DNA from: Eledone cirrhosa
Lineage: Eukaryota
Assembly (NCBI GenBank): GCA_964016885.1
Contig: OZ024746.1
Location: forward strand, 91,512,001 to 91,576,000
Length of the DNA: 64,000 nucleotides
Direction of reading: 5' to 3'
Both the position numbers and the translations under genes were made by a program. Shown piece by piece: positions 28,469 to 39,498 of this stretch. A model generated the notes under the pieces. It was given only the letters and a program-made list of their open reading frames with translations, did no database searches and was not told the origin of the DNA. The number at the start of each line of letters is the position of its first letter. Positions within the stretch are counted from its first letter, which is position 1.

Positions 28469-28668
28469 NNNNNNNNNNNNNNNNNNNNNNNNNNNNNNNN
28501 NNNNNNNNNNNNNNNNNNNNNNNNNNNNNNNNNNNNNNNNNNNNNNNNNNNNNNNNNNNNNNNNNNNNNNNNNNNNNNNNNNNNNNNNNNNNNNNNNNNN
28601 NNNNNNNNNNNNNNNNNNNNNNNNNNNNNNNNNNNNNNNNNNNNNNNNNNNNNNNNNNNNNNNNNNNN
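28469..28668. other. Assembly gap of exactly 200 N
   Basis: Run of N; the round size suggests a scaffolding placeholder of unknown true length. Confidence 0.98.
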
Positions 28669-29363
28669 GTATTTTCACAGTAAAGTCTTTACCTCAAATA
28701 ATATCTCACATAACATTTACATTACTCTATATATACTATAGTATTTTCACAGTAAAGGCTTTACCTCACATAATATCTCACATAACATTTACATTACTCT
28801 ATATATGCTAATGTATTTTCCTGGTAAAGGCTTTACCTCACATAATATCTCACATAACATTTACATTACTCTATATATACTATTGTATTTTCACAGTAAA
28901 GGCTTTACCTCACATAGCATTTACATTACTCTATATATACTATTGTATTTTCCTGGTAAAGGCTTTACCTCTCATAATATCGAATCTATGAGATTTTGAA
29001 AGTATTTATTTTGAGAACAATACCTTAACATCAGTTTGAGCGACCAGTTACAGCCAGTTTCAACAGAAAGAGGTAGAGAATTCTGACCGGTTTTGGTCGG
29101 TTTGAACATTAAAGAGTTGAACATAGAGTAATGTAAATGTTATGTGAGATATTATCTGAGGTAAAGCCTTTACTGTGAAAATACAATAGTATATATAGAG
29201 TAATGTAAATGTTATGTGAGATATTATGTGAGGTAAAGCCTTTACTGTGAAAATACAATAGTATATATAGAGTAATGTAAATGGTATGTGAAATATTATG
29301 TGAGGTAAAGCCTTTACTGTGAAAATACAATAGTATATATAGAGTAATGTAAATGGTAGAGGG
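28669..29363. mobile_element. Amplified family A MITE followed by an inverted amplified partial copy
   Basis: 72-bp units forward to ~28980, MITE end at ~29116, then reverse units 29122-29363 ending GGG-TTAA. Confidence 0.8.
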
Positions 29364-31729
29364 TTAAAACCCTTGCTATGGTCTGAAATTTTGATAAGGC
29401 TTTGGATTATTTCCACATGTCTAGAACCGTACCCAGCAGCCTCCAAGTCCATTCCTGTCAAAATTACTTCAGTTTGCTTACATAGCCAAAAACAAAGATG
29501 GAGATATATACTTGCACATATACACCTATATATATACACACACACGCACATGCACATATATACCTATATATACACACACACACATGCACATATATACCTA
29601 TATATACACACACACACATGCACATATATACCTATAAATACACACACACACACACATGCACATATATACCTATAAATACACACACACAAACAAACACATA
29701 TATACCTATATATACACACACACACATGCACATATATACCTATATATACACACACACAAACAAACACATATATACCTATATATACACACACACAAACAAA
29801 CACATATACCTATATATATATACATATATACCTATATATACACACACATGCACATATATACCTATATATATACACATATATACATATATATATACACATA
29901 TATACTTTTATATATACACGCACTTGCACATATATATCTATATATAAATATATGCACACATATACACCTATATATACACACACATATATATACATATATA
30001 TATATACACACATACTTGCACATATCTACCTATATATACACACACATGCACATATATACATATATATATACACACACACACAAACACATATGTATCTATA
30101 TATACACACCCACATGCATATATATACCTATATATACACACACATATATACATATATACACACTGGCACATATACACCTATACCACCATCAATACCACCA
30201 CCACCAATACTGTCACCACCACTTCCACCACCACTACTACCACTACCACCACCACTACAACCACTACCACTACTACCACTACCAAAACCATCACAACCAT
30301 CACCACCACCATTACAAAGACCACCATCATCACCAACACAACCACCACCAATACTGTCACTACCACCACTACCACCACCACTACCACTACTACCACCACC
30401 ACTACCAAAACCATCACAGCCATCACCATCCTCACCAACACAACCACCACCACCAATATTACCACCACCACCACCACCACATATAGACACAAACACATCA
30501 AATAGACACAAACACTTCAATAAAATCAACTAATTACTTTATCTCCCTGGCCAGAGATTTATGGCTAATTAAGCAGCAGTAGCCAGTCCGATGAAGAGCA
30601 GGGATGTTTTAAAATAGGACCAGGGAACATTCCATATTACAGGAACCAGCCTGGACTGTTTCTATATTACAGGAACCAACCCAATATAGGCCTAAACCTA
30701 TATACAGCCTTTCTAACATGTTTACCGTGTGGAACTGGGTGGTTCTGTTATGGGGTGGGTCTGGCTAGTTATTACATATGTGATGTGTTGTTTCTTTGAG
30801 CAAGACACTTTATTTCACATTGCTCCAGTTTACTCAGCTGTAGAAATGAGATGATAGGGACTGAGGTCCATATCATCTCATTTCTACAGCTGAGTCTACT
30901 GCAAAGTGGTCGTGGAGGTGCCCTGTAAAAGTGGACGTGGAGGTGCCACGGCAAAAAAAGCACCCAGCACTCACTGTAAATGAGGTTGGTGTTAGGAAGG
31001 GCATCCAGCTGTAGAAATCAAGCCAGAATCAGTTCCCGTCCCACCCTTGCAAGCAGGGAAAAGCAGACGTAAAATGATGATGATGCTGATGCTGATGTAC
31101 TCCCACACACATATATAAAAGTAAGCTAGTAAACTAATTATGTAGTGTATATCTCATCATTATATAATGATTGTATCTACATCATTTGTGAATTTCGAGT
31201 CATTGTTTAAATTCTTCAAAATTGTATATAGTCAATAAAATATAGATTTACTTGATAAAATGAGATGAAAGAGATAGAAGAACTTTTCATTCATTCTTCA
31301 ATTCTTTGATATTGTTGACACTATTCAAAAGAAACGTCATAAAAGGTAATAAGAAAGACAAAATCTGAAAAGACATCATATCTTTCATATCTTTGAGAAA
31401 TTTATTGTATTTCTGTTTTCAAGTCATAACCCTAGAAAATGGCTTTTACTGTCTATTGAACACATTTGAAGAACATCACAAAATGTCATCTCCAAGGTAC
31501 AACATTTCAAAAATATCTTTGAAAGTCTATCATAATTCCACAATCAGATTGGATTGTTGTTTTATATACATCTCTCTCTGTATATATATAGACACACACA
31601 GACATATATGTTTACACATACACACGTTTACACATACACACACACGTTTACACATACACACACACGTTTACACACGTTTACACACACACATTTACACATA
31701 CACACACGTTTACACATACACACACGTTT

Positions 31730-31786
<57 letters not shown>

Positions 31787-31870
31787 AATACATATATATG
31801 TGTATCTGTGTATGTGTGAATATATATATATGCTTGTGTTTGTGTTTGTATATATATATATACATATATA

Positions 31871-32538
31871 TATTATTCAAAATATTAATAAATGAAGACG
31901 TTCACATAATCAAAATATATGTTTTATTATATATATTTCAGAGGTACTGAGTTGTTTTTCCAGTACGTCCTCGTCAGATAAAATACATGAATTGATGTAT
32001 GACATACTTCAACTGTCTTGATGGTTCAATTCCAGTTTTGGCAGTCTCTTAGTTTTCTCATGTATTCTTCTTTAGATGGTAAAGGTATATCTTTGAGAGA
32101 TGCAGAAACCCTAAAGAATTCCATCATTTATTAATTAATAATCTATTGCAGAAGAAACGCTCTACCTTCTGGGAGCTAAATATGACCAAAGATTAATAAG
32201 GTTCATTGATTACTCAATGAATATAGTTTTACAATAGATTAAAAGCACTCTACAAGAAAGTTTTCTGGAGTTATTTTCTGGAATTGAACCATCAAGACAG
32301 TTGAGGTATGTCATACATCAATTCATATATTTTATCTGATGAGGACGTACTGAAAAAACAGCACAGTACCTCCGAAATATATATAATAAAACATATATTT
32401 TGATTATGTGAACGTCTTCATTTATTAATATTTTGAATAATATTAATAACTCCAGAAAACTTACTTGTAGAGTGCTTTTAATCTATTGTAAAACTATATT
32501 CATTGAGTAATTAATGAACCATATTAATCTTTGGTTAT
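31871..32538. mobile_element. Compound inverted pLTR-like element with hammerheads at 32330-32391 (+) and 31922-31983 (-)
   Basis: 31871-32035 pairs with 32278-32442, and 32182-32274 pairs with 32446-32538. Motif TTTTAT-CTGATGA-GGA C GTACTG loop CAGTAC C TCC-GAAA-TATATATA-ATAAAA. Confidence 0.8.
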
Positions 32539-32627
32539 ACATATATATATTTGTAGTAAGGTTGCTTGGATGCATCCATAGGCAGTATGCCAGTTGAGCA
32601 CTCTATGCTCCTTTGGAGCAGAGTATG

Positions 32628-32906
32628 ATATGGAAAACGAAGAATCAGAGATGCATCGGAACACAAATTTATTGCATATTACAAATGTTTCTCCGCCGAA
32701 CAACTCATGGAGCGATCTGTTTGTGGATCAAACCTCTTTCCTAGAAAGAGGATCTGCTTCGAAATCACTAGACGTATCTGAGGAACTTGTGAATCCAGAG
32801 TTAGATTCAATCCACAAACAGATCGCACCTCGAGCTGTTCGCCGGAGAAACATTTGTCATACGTAATAAATTTGTGTTCTGATGCATCACTGATTCTTCA
32901 TTTTCC

Positions 32907-32910
<4 letters not shown>
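32628..32910. repeat. Inverted repeat (~100-bp arms, ~80-bp spacer), pLTR-like with a degenerate hammerhead
   Basis: atatggaaaa..gtttgtggat is the reverse complement of atccacaaac..ttttccatat. TCC..GGA-GAAA-CATTTG-TA and a downstream AATAAA are present, but the CUGANGA box is altered. Confidence 0.6.
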
Positions 32911-32945
<35 letters not shown>

Positions 32946-33158
32946 CAAGGTTTTTGATATAAAATCGTGTGTTGAAACAAATATTGTTATACTTGGCGAG
33001 GGTCCTGTTATAATATTGCCAGAAATAATAGCAGAACACACTCACTCTTTGGTTTGGGTTGGTTTTCACTTCTGTATCTTTTATATCTCCATAGTTAATT
33101 TATTTGGCAATCAATGTTTATAACACTTAAAAATACAAATATAAATATATATATAGTC

Positions 33159-33202
33159 TATCAAAGTTCTTTCGTCACACATCTGTGACATCATCAGTGT
33201 TA
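33159..33202 (-). ncRNA. Degenerate minimal hammerhead motif
   Basis: Minus strand TAACA-CTGATGA-T-GTCACA GATG TGTGAC-GAAA-GAACTT-TGATA, next to a TA tract. Stems I and III are imperfect. Confidence 0.45.
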
Positions 33203-33459
33203 CTATTATGTTTCCTCCCGTTGTATTGTAATGCCTACGCTATTTTTATTTTATTTATTTATTTATTCTTGCCTCTGTCTCTGCTTGCACATGCATTTGC
33301 GTGCGTGTTTCCTGTTTGGTGTGTGTGTGTTCGTGTTTGAGTGTATGTGTTTTTGTCTTCTATCTTTGTTCACTAGTGAAGTCTCTGCAGTTTCCAACTA
33401 TGAGACTTCATTGATAAGGTATAGATCAACCACCCGAAGCTATAGTAGAAGACAATTAA

Positions 33460-33680
33460 CCCTTTAGCATTTAAACTGGCCGTATCTGGCTAGAATTCTC
33501 TCACCTCTTTCTGTTCACACCGGATTTAACCAGCCACTCATACTGATGTTAAGGTATTGTTCTCAAAATAAATAATATTAAAATCTCATAGATTCAATAT
33601 TATGTGAGATAATTATGTGATATAAAGCCTTTAGCGTGGAAATATAATAGTAAATATAGAGTAATATAAATGGTAAAGAG
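33460..33680. mobile_element. Family A MITE inserted into a minus-strand tRNA SINE
   Basis: TTAA-bounded. The flanks gctatagtagaagaca.. and ..ttgccacac..aaacatcttaacc read as two halves of one SINE. Confidence 0.75.
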
Positions 33681-33839
33681 TTAAGTTGCCACACAACAGG
33701 ACTTCAACCCAAAATAACTGGTTACAAAGCAAACATCTTAACCAGTCAGCCATACCTATGTCTAACGTATTTTTATTTTAGTACATACCATATTTACAGC
33801 CAATATATATTCAATCCTGCAACAAGAAACAGTCATTAA

Positions 33840-34350
33840 CCCTTTAGCATTTACATTACTCTATATTTACTATCATATTTTCACGGTAAAGGCTTCATCT
33901 TACATAAGTATCTCACAAGTATCTCACATAATATCTCATAATATTTACATTACTGCGTATTTTCTATTATATTTTCATGGTAATATTGAATCTACGAGAT
34001 TTTTATAACAATGCCTTTGAGGGGCCGGTTCAAACAGAAAGAAGTGAGAGAATTCTGGCAGGATACAGCCGGTTTAAACAGAAAGAAGTGAGAGAATTCT
34101 GGCAGGATACAGCCGGTTTAAACAGAAAGAAGTGAGAGAATTCTGGCAGGATACAGCCGGTTTAAACAGAAAGAAGTGAGAGAATTCTGGCAGGATACAG
34201 CCGGTTTAAACAGAAAGAAGTGAGAGAATTCTGGCAGGATACAGCCGGTTTAAACAGAAAGAAGTGAGAGAATTCTGGCAGGATACAGCCGGTTTAAACA
34301 GAAAGAAGTGAGAGAATTCTGGCAGGATACAGCCGGTTTAAACAGAAAGC
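33840..34350. mobile_element. Family A MITE with a 44-bp subterminal segment amplified ~7 times
   Basis: Unit aaacagaaagaagtgagagaattctggcaggatacagccggttt at 34032-34349. Confidence 0.85.
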
Positions 34351-34355
34351 AGTGA

Positions 34356-34392
<37 letters not shown>

Positions 34393-34397
<5 letters not shown>

Positions 34398-34645
34398 TTT
34401 CCTGGGTATGTCTCTATTTATAAAACAAACTTTGTAATTTATATGAAGAAAGCATACCAAAGTGTTTTGGTACCCTTGAAATATATATAATAAAATAAAT
34501 ATGGTTTTATAAATATAGTTTCCATTTATTTAATATCATTGAATATTTACTCCTGGAACTTGTTGAGTGCTTTAAATCAGTTATAAACATTTATATTTAT
34601 ATTTGTTGGATTTCCAACAAATTAAATATCCCTTCTACTTACTTA
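34393..34645 (+). mobile_element. Solo copy of the hammerhead/pLTR family seen at 38 kb, core mutated
   Basis: ATGAAGA-AAG C ATACCAAAGTGTTTTGGTAC C CTT-GAAA-TATATATA-ATAAAA, then a tail matching 38130-38272. Follows a (TA)n run. Confidence 0.65.
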
Positions 34646-34649
34646 TATA

Positions 34650-35415
34650 TCATCATCATCATCATCATCATCACCATTTTACGCCCGTTCTTCCACGCTA
34701 GCATGGGTTAGACGGGTTGTCCTGTTGTGGGCAGTGTCTGGTCGGTTGACCATGCCTTGCTCATACAGAAACTGATTTGGCTTGATTTCTACAGCTGGAT
34801 GCCCTTCCTAACACCAACCTCATTTACAGTGAGTGCTGGGTGCTTTTTCGTGGCGCCTACACGTTCACTTTACAGTGTGGGCTGGGTGCTTTTTTGCCGT
34901 GGCACCTCCACAACCACCTTGCAGTGGGGGCATATTGTCTATATGCTTCAGCTTGTACCCATGGGAAGTCGGGTACTCTGTATTACTGCGTGACGCCAGA
35001 GGTCACGGTCGTGTGTCATCGCCTTTGAGAGGTGTAATTGGGTAAGGTCGGCTTTTATCACCTCATCCCAGGTCATCTTGGGTCTCCCCCACTCCGCGGT
35101 TTCCATCAACTTCTAGTGCTCTGCACCTTTTTATGCAGCTGTCATCCTTCATACACATCACTTGTCCATACCAACGCAACCGCCTCTCCTCCACACACCA
35201 TTTGATTCCTCTTATGCTCAGTCTCTCTCTCAATTCATTTATGCTTTGTCGTTCGCGTATATTACTATTACACATCCATCGGAGCATGCAGGCTTCATTT
35301 CTCTCTAATCTACGTAAGTCTTCCACCTTCAGCGCCCAGGTCTCACTACCATGTAACATCGCTGTTCGGATACACGCATCATACAGTCTGCCTTTCATTT
35401 TGAGGGAGAAGCCTT
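34650..35415 (-). mobile_element. RTE LINE 3' fragment
   Basis: KGFSLKMKGRLYDACIRTAMLHGSETW..LERNEACMLRWMC..RRLRWYGQV, then UTR and (GAT)n tail. Confidence 0.9.
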
Positions 35416-35710
35416 TAAATAAATATAAGGTGATACAGTGAAGAGGGCAGAAAACAAAAGACAAATTAATAAAGAGAAATCAAGATTTAAGATTGGAACT
35501 TGAAAGTCAGAAATCTGGTAAATTAAAAGTGTTTGTGTTATAGATGTTGGCCACAGGGTGACCTGTGACACTGAAATTCGTTTGTTTGAATTCATATGAC
35601 TCCAGTTCCCCAGTGAATTAACAACCCAACAAGGAACTGGGCATATCAGAGTATTGACAATATCATACACCTAAACAACATATGTACTTGTCTATACCAT
35701 ACTAATTCAA

Positions 35711-35765
35711 ACTGCCTGAAGAGGTCACAGCCAAAGATGGCTGTCACTGAAATATATATAGCAGT
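35711..35765 (+). ncRNA. Type-I hammerhead ribozyme motif, textbook fold
   Basis: ACTGC-CTGAAGA-GGT C ACAGCCA AAGA TGGCTGT C ACT-GAAA-TATATATA-GCAGT, followed immediately by AATAAA. Confidence 0.85.
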
Positions 35766-35955
35766 AATAAACGAAGCTAAATTTTAATCATTTGACTTTT
35801 ATTTAACTTTATTTTACACTACTCCGGAGTAACCAAACCAACCTGCGCACTTCGTCGAGTGCTCCAGCCTGCATACTGAGGTGTTGGTATACAACCAACA
35901 TAAACTCAAAATCTATATATATGTATATATATGTATATATATATATATACATATG

Positions 35956-35989
<34 letters not shown>

Positions 35990-36036
35990 TACATATGTAT
36001 ATATATATGTATATATATATATATATATGTATATAT

Positions 36037-36893
36037 AATTAAGTTAAAAATGTACATCCACATATGTATACTGAAATACTAGTATGCATATGAATACACA
36101 CACGTGTACATATGTAGATGTACCAAGTTTTTCACTGGACACTTTACTGTGAGTGTCCAGCTATTCTGTATGTAAACACACAGACAAACCGGTTTTTAGA
36201 GTTATACTGGTTTTCGAGGAAACACCTTTCCTCGACACTCACAGTAAAGTGTCCAGTGAAAAACTCGGTACATCTACATATGTACACGTGTGTGTATTCA
36301 TATGCATACTAGTATTTCAGTATACATATGTGGATGTACATTTTTAACTTAATTGTTTAAGCGTCAGTCATACAAAAGTGAGTTACAAACGAAACAAAAT
36401 TTAATTTCGTTTCGTTATTTGTTTTTATCGTCTCCGCTGAACCGGTACGTACTCACGCTCTATGCAAATTAGTCTGCCCACTACTAATTTTCATAGAAAA
36501 AGCATATAACGATATGTGCTTTTACGATTCTCTAGAAAGGCCGGAAGATAGGTAAATATTGCTGATGAGATGTAACAACATCGAAACTAGTCCAATATTC
36601 CTTGTCTGGCTTTCTGGAGAATAGAGGAAAGGTGTTTCCTCGAAAACCAGTATGACTCTAAAAACCGGTTTGTCTGTGTGTTTACATACAGAATAGCTGG
36701 ACACTCACAGTAAAGTAACCAGTGAAAGACTTGGTACATCTACATATGTATACGTGTGTGTATTCATATGCATACTAGTATTTCAGTATACATATGTGGA
36801 TGTACATTTTTAACTTAATTGTTTACGCGTCAGTCATACAAAAGTGAGTTACAAACGAAACGAAATTTAATTTCGTTTCGTTATTTGTTTTTA
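36037..36893. mobile_element. Inverted plus partial-tandem repeat cluster between (TA)n arrays (Penelope-like architecture)
   Basis: 36037-36233 is inverted relative to both 36234-36427 and 36624-36893; the latter two are direct copies. Hairpin CTGGACAC..GTGTCCAG precedes TGAAA, but there is no intact CUGANGA. Confidence 0.6.
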
Positions 36894-36895
36894 TG

Positions 36896-36965
<70 letters not shown>

Positions 36966-37007
36966 AAAGAACACAAGAGCGTCTACAACATCGAAAGATT
37001 TTTATTG

Positions 37008-37052
37008 GCTTACAATGTTTCTTCCTTACGTAACCGTAGGATTCGTCAGAGC
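37008..37052 (-). ncRNA. Minimal hammerhead motif in a ~115-bp insert within (TA)n
   Basis: Minus strand GCT-CTGACGA-A TCCTACG GTTA CGTAAGGA A-GAAA-CA T TG-TA-AGC, then CAATAAA. Confidence 0.7.
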
Positions 37053-37077
37053 TATAAAAGGGGTTTGATTGGTGTAT

Positions 37078-37114
<37 letters not shown>

Positions 37115-37305
37115 GTATATATATATACCCAGGAAAATTGTATATATATATATATAACAAAGGAAGTGTGGTAAGGAACCAGATGGACCATAACGCACCA
37201 GAGTACTCAATACTTAGGGTAGTAGAGTTGGTAATAGGAAAAAGTTCAGTCCAGAAATAGCCATCGAAACGGCTCGAGCTCTGTCGTCGGGGTCTTGAAC
37301 ATTTT

Positions 37306-37346
<41 letters not shown>

Positions 37347-37904
37347 TCTATAGTACCATAGCAATTGTGGGTATGTGTGTGGATATGTGTGTGTATGTGT
37401 AATGTGCATGTGCCAACAAATACAAACCAGTATAAATATGTGACTAGCTATAAAAATATTACAAATGCTTATAGGATGTGTGTGTGAATATATATATATA
37501 CACACACACACAAGTCTGTATATGTGTACACACATACACACACACGTCTGTATATGTGTACACACACACGTCTGTATATGTGTACACACACACACACACC
37601 TCTGTATGTGTACACACACACACGTCTGTATATGTGTACACACACTAATTTATGAGTATGTGTGTGTGTACAATTTCTAGTATAATCAATGTATATAAGA
37701 GTTTATATCATAGTTTATATCACCCAATAATGTTTATACTTTTTGCACAAGGCCAGCAATTACCCCAGTGCATTACTGGTACTTTTATTTTATCCACCCC
37801 GTAAGGATGAAAGGCAAAGTTAACCTCGATGGATTTTATATCATGGTTTTCCCCCATTAATGACCTGACATAACATACAAGGTACATATATAGACATACA
37901 AGGT

Positions 37905-38272
37905 ATCAATGATATTAATAAATGGAAACTATATTTATAAAACCATATCTATTCTATTATATAAATTTCAAGGGTACCAAAACTTCGGTATGGTCTCATC
38001 AGATAAAATACAAAGTTTGTTTTATAAATATTGACATATCCAGGAAGGAGAACTTAATGGTTCAAGTTTTTCCTGGATAGTTTTTCCTGATGAGAGCGTA
38101 CCAAAGTTTTGGTACCCTTGAAATATATATAATTGAATAAATATGGTTTTATAAATATAGTTTCCATTTATTAATATCATTGATATTATACTCCAGAAAA
38201 GCTGTTGAGTGCTTCGAACCTGTTATAAATATATTTGTTGAATTACCAACAAATTAAATATCCCTTTTGCTT
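37905..38272. mobile_element. Inverted pLTR-like element with hammerhead motifs (37952-38008 -, ~38081-38137 +)
   Basis: Left arm 37905-38046 is the reverse complement of the right arm, which carries a deletion. CTGATGA-GAG C GTACCAAAGTTTTGGTAC C CTT-GAAA-TATATATA. Confidence 0.7.
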
Positions 38273-38321
38273 ATGACATACAAGGTATATAGACACACAC
38301 AGAGAAAACTGGGCCTGTCTA

Positions 38322-38637
38322 ATAATAATAATGAAAATATTGTGTACAGTGCTCAGGTGCACTACAACTCATCAAAAGTGTATGTATAGTACATAGGGTA
38401 ATGTACAAACGTCAGGAAAATGAACAGTGCATGAGTCATGATATACACATGTGTGCATGTGTATGGAAGGGGTACATCAGATGTAGTTTTGGCGAATTTC
38501 GGGAAGCATGAGGGTTTTAAAGGATGCAGTGTCTCGGCAGCTAACATCTGACGCAGGGAGTTTGGTCCATGTTTCAGCAACTCTAAGCGTGAAAAAATGT
38601 TTCCGAAAGTCATGGGAGCTGTGCTGTTTTCTGACTA
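38322..38637 (-). mobile_element. CR1-group LINE 3' end
   Basis: Reverse complement of 52305-52637. Confidence 0.85.
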
Positions 38638-38703
38638 ATCCTTGCTAGCTTGGAAAATATGGAAAATAAATTGATGCTCTTTGTTTTAACAAGACATATA
38701 AGG

Positions 38704-38738
<35 letters not shown>

Positions 38739-39498
38739 TCTACAACTACTACTACCTCCACCACCACTACAACTACTACTACTACCACCTCTACAACAGC
38801 TACTACCACCACCTCTACAACAGCTACTACCACCACCACTACAACAACTTCTACTACCCCCACCACCACTACAACAACTTCTACCCCCACCACCACTACA
38901 ACAACTACTACCACCACAACTACTACCTCCACCACCACTACAACAACTACTACTACCACCACTGCAACAACTACTACCACCACCACAACAACTACTACTA
39001 CCACCACCACAACTACTACTACCACTACCACCACTACAACAACTTCTACTACTACCACCACCACCACAACTACTACCTCCACCACCACCACTACAAAAAC
39101 TCCTACCTCCACCACAACTACTACCATACAGACAAGCCACCCCACTGCCATCATGAAAATAATAACATCTTTTGACCAGACAATAACAACCTAGAATCTA
39201 GCAACACCCAGCAAGGAAAAAAATATAAAATAGGAAAATTGTTTTAATTAACATAAATTCAACATCAATTTAATGTTTTTATTTTTTAAAAAGTAATAAA
39301 ACAACAGCAACAACAACAATCTGTTACAAGTGAAACCTCTGTTTTGACTTATTTTTATTCACTCTCATGTCACAACTTCATAAAATGAGAAAACTACTCG
39401 TTAGTTCTATTATACATAATGCAACAGCAACAGCGAGGAGAGAAAAGAATATAAATAGAGGTGATCTTAAAACATTGAACTATACAGAGATGATGGCA

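Noticed and set aside
29952-30533. Pro-rich, His-rich and Gly-rich ORFs (also 25073-25444 and 38610-39156)
   Set aside because: (CAC/TAC)n trinucleotide tracts open in several frames on both strands.
32594-32866. 90-aa non-repetitive ORF
   Set aside because: Falls across an inverted repeat, has a non-ATG start and no recognisable domain.
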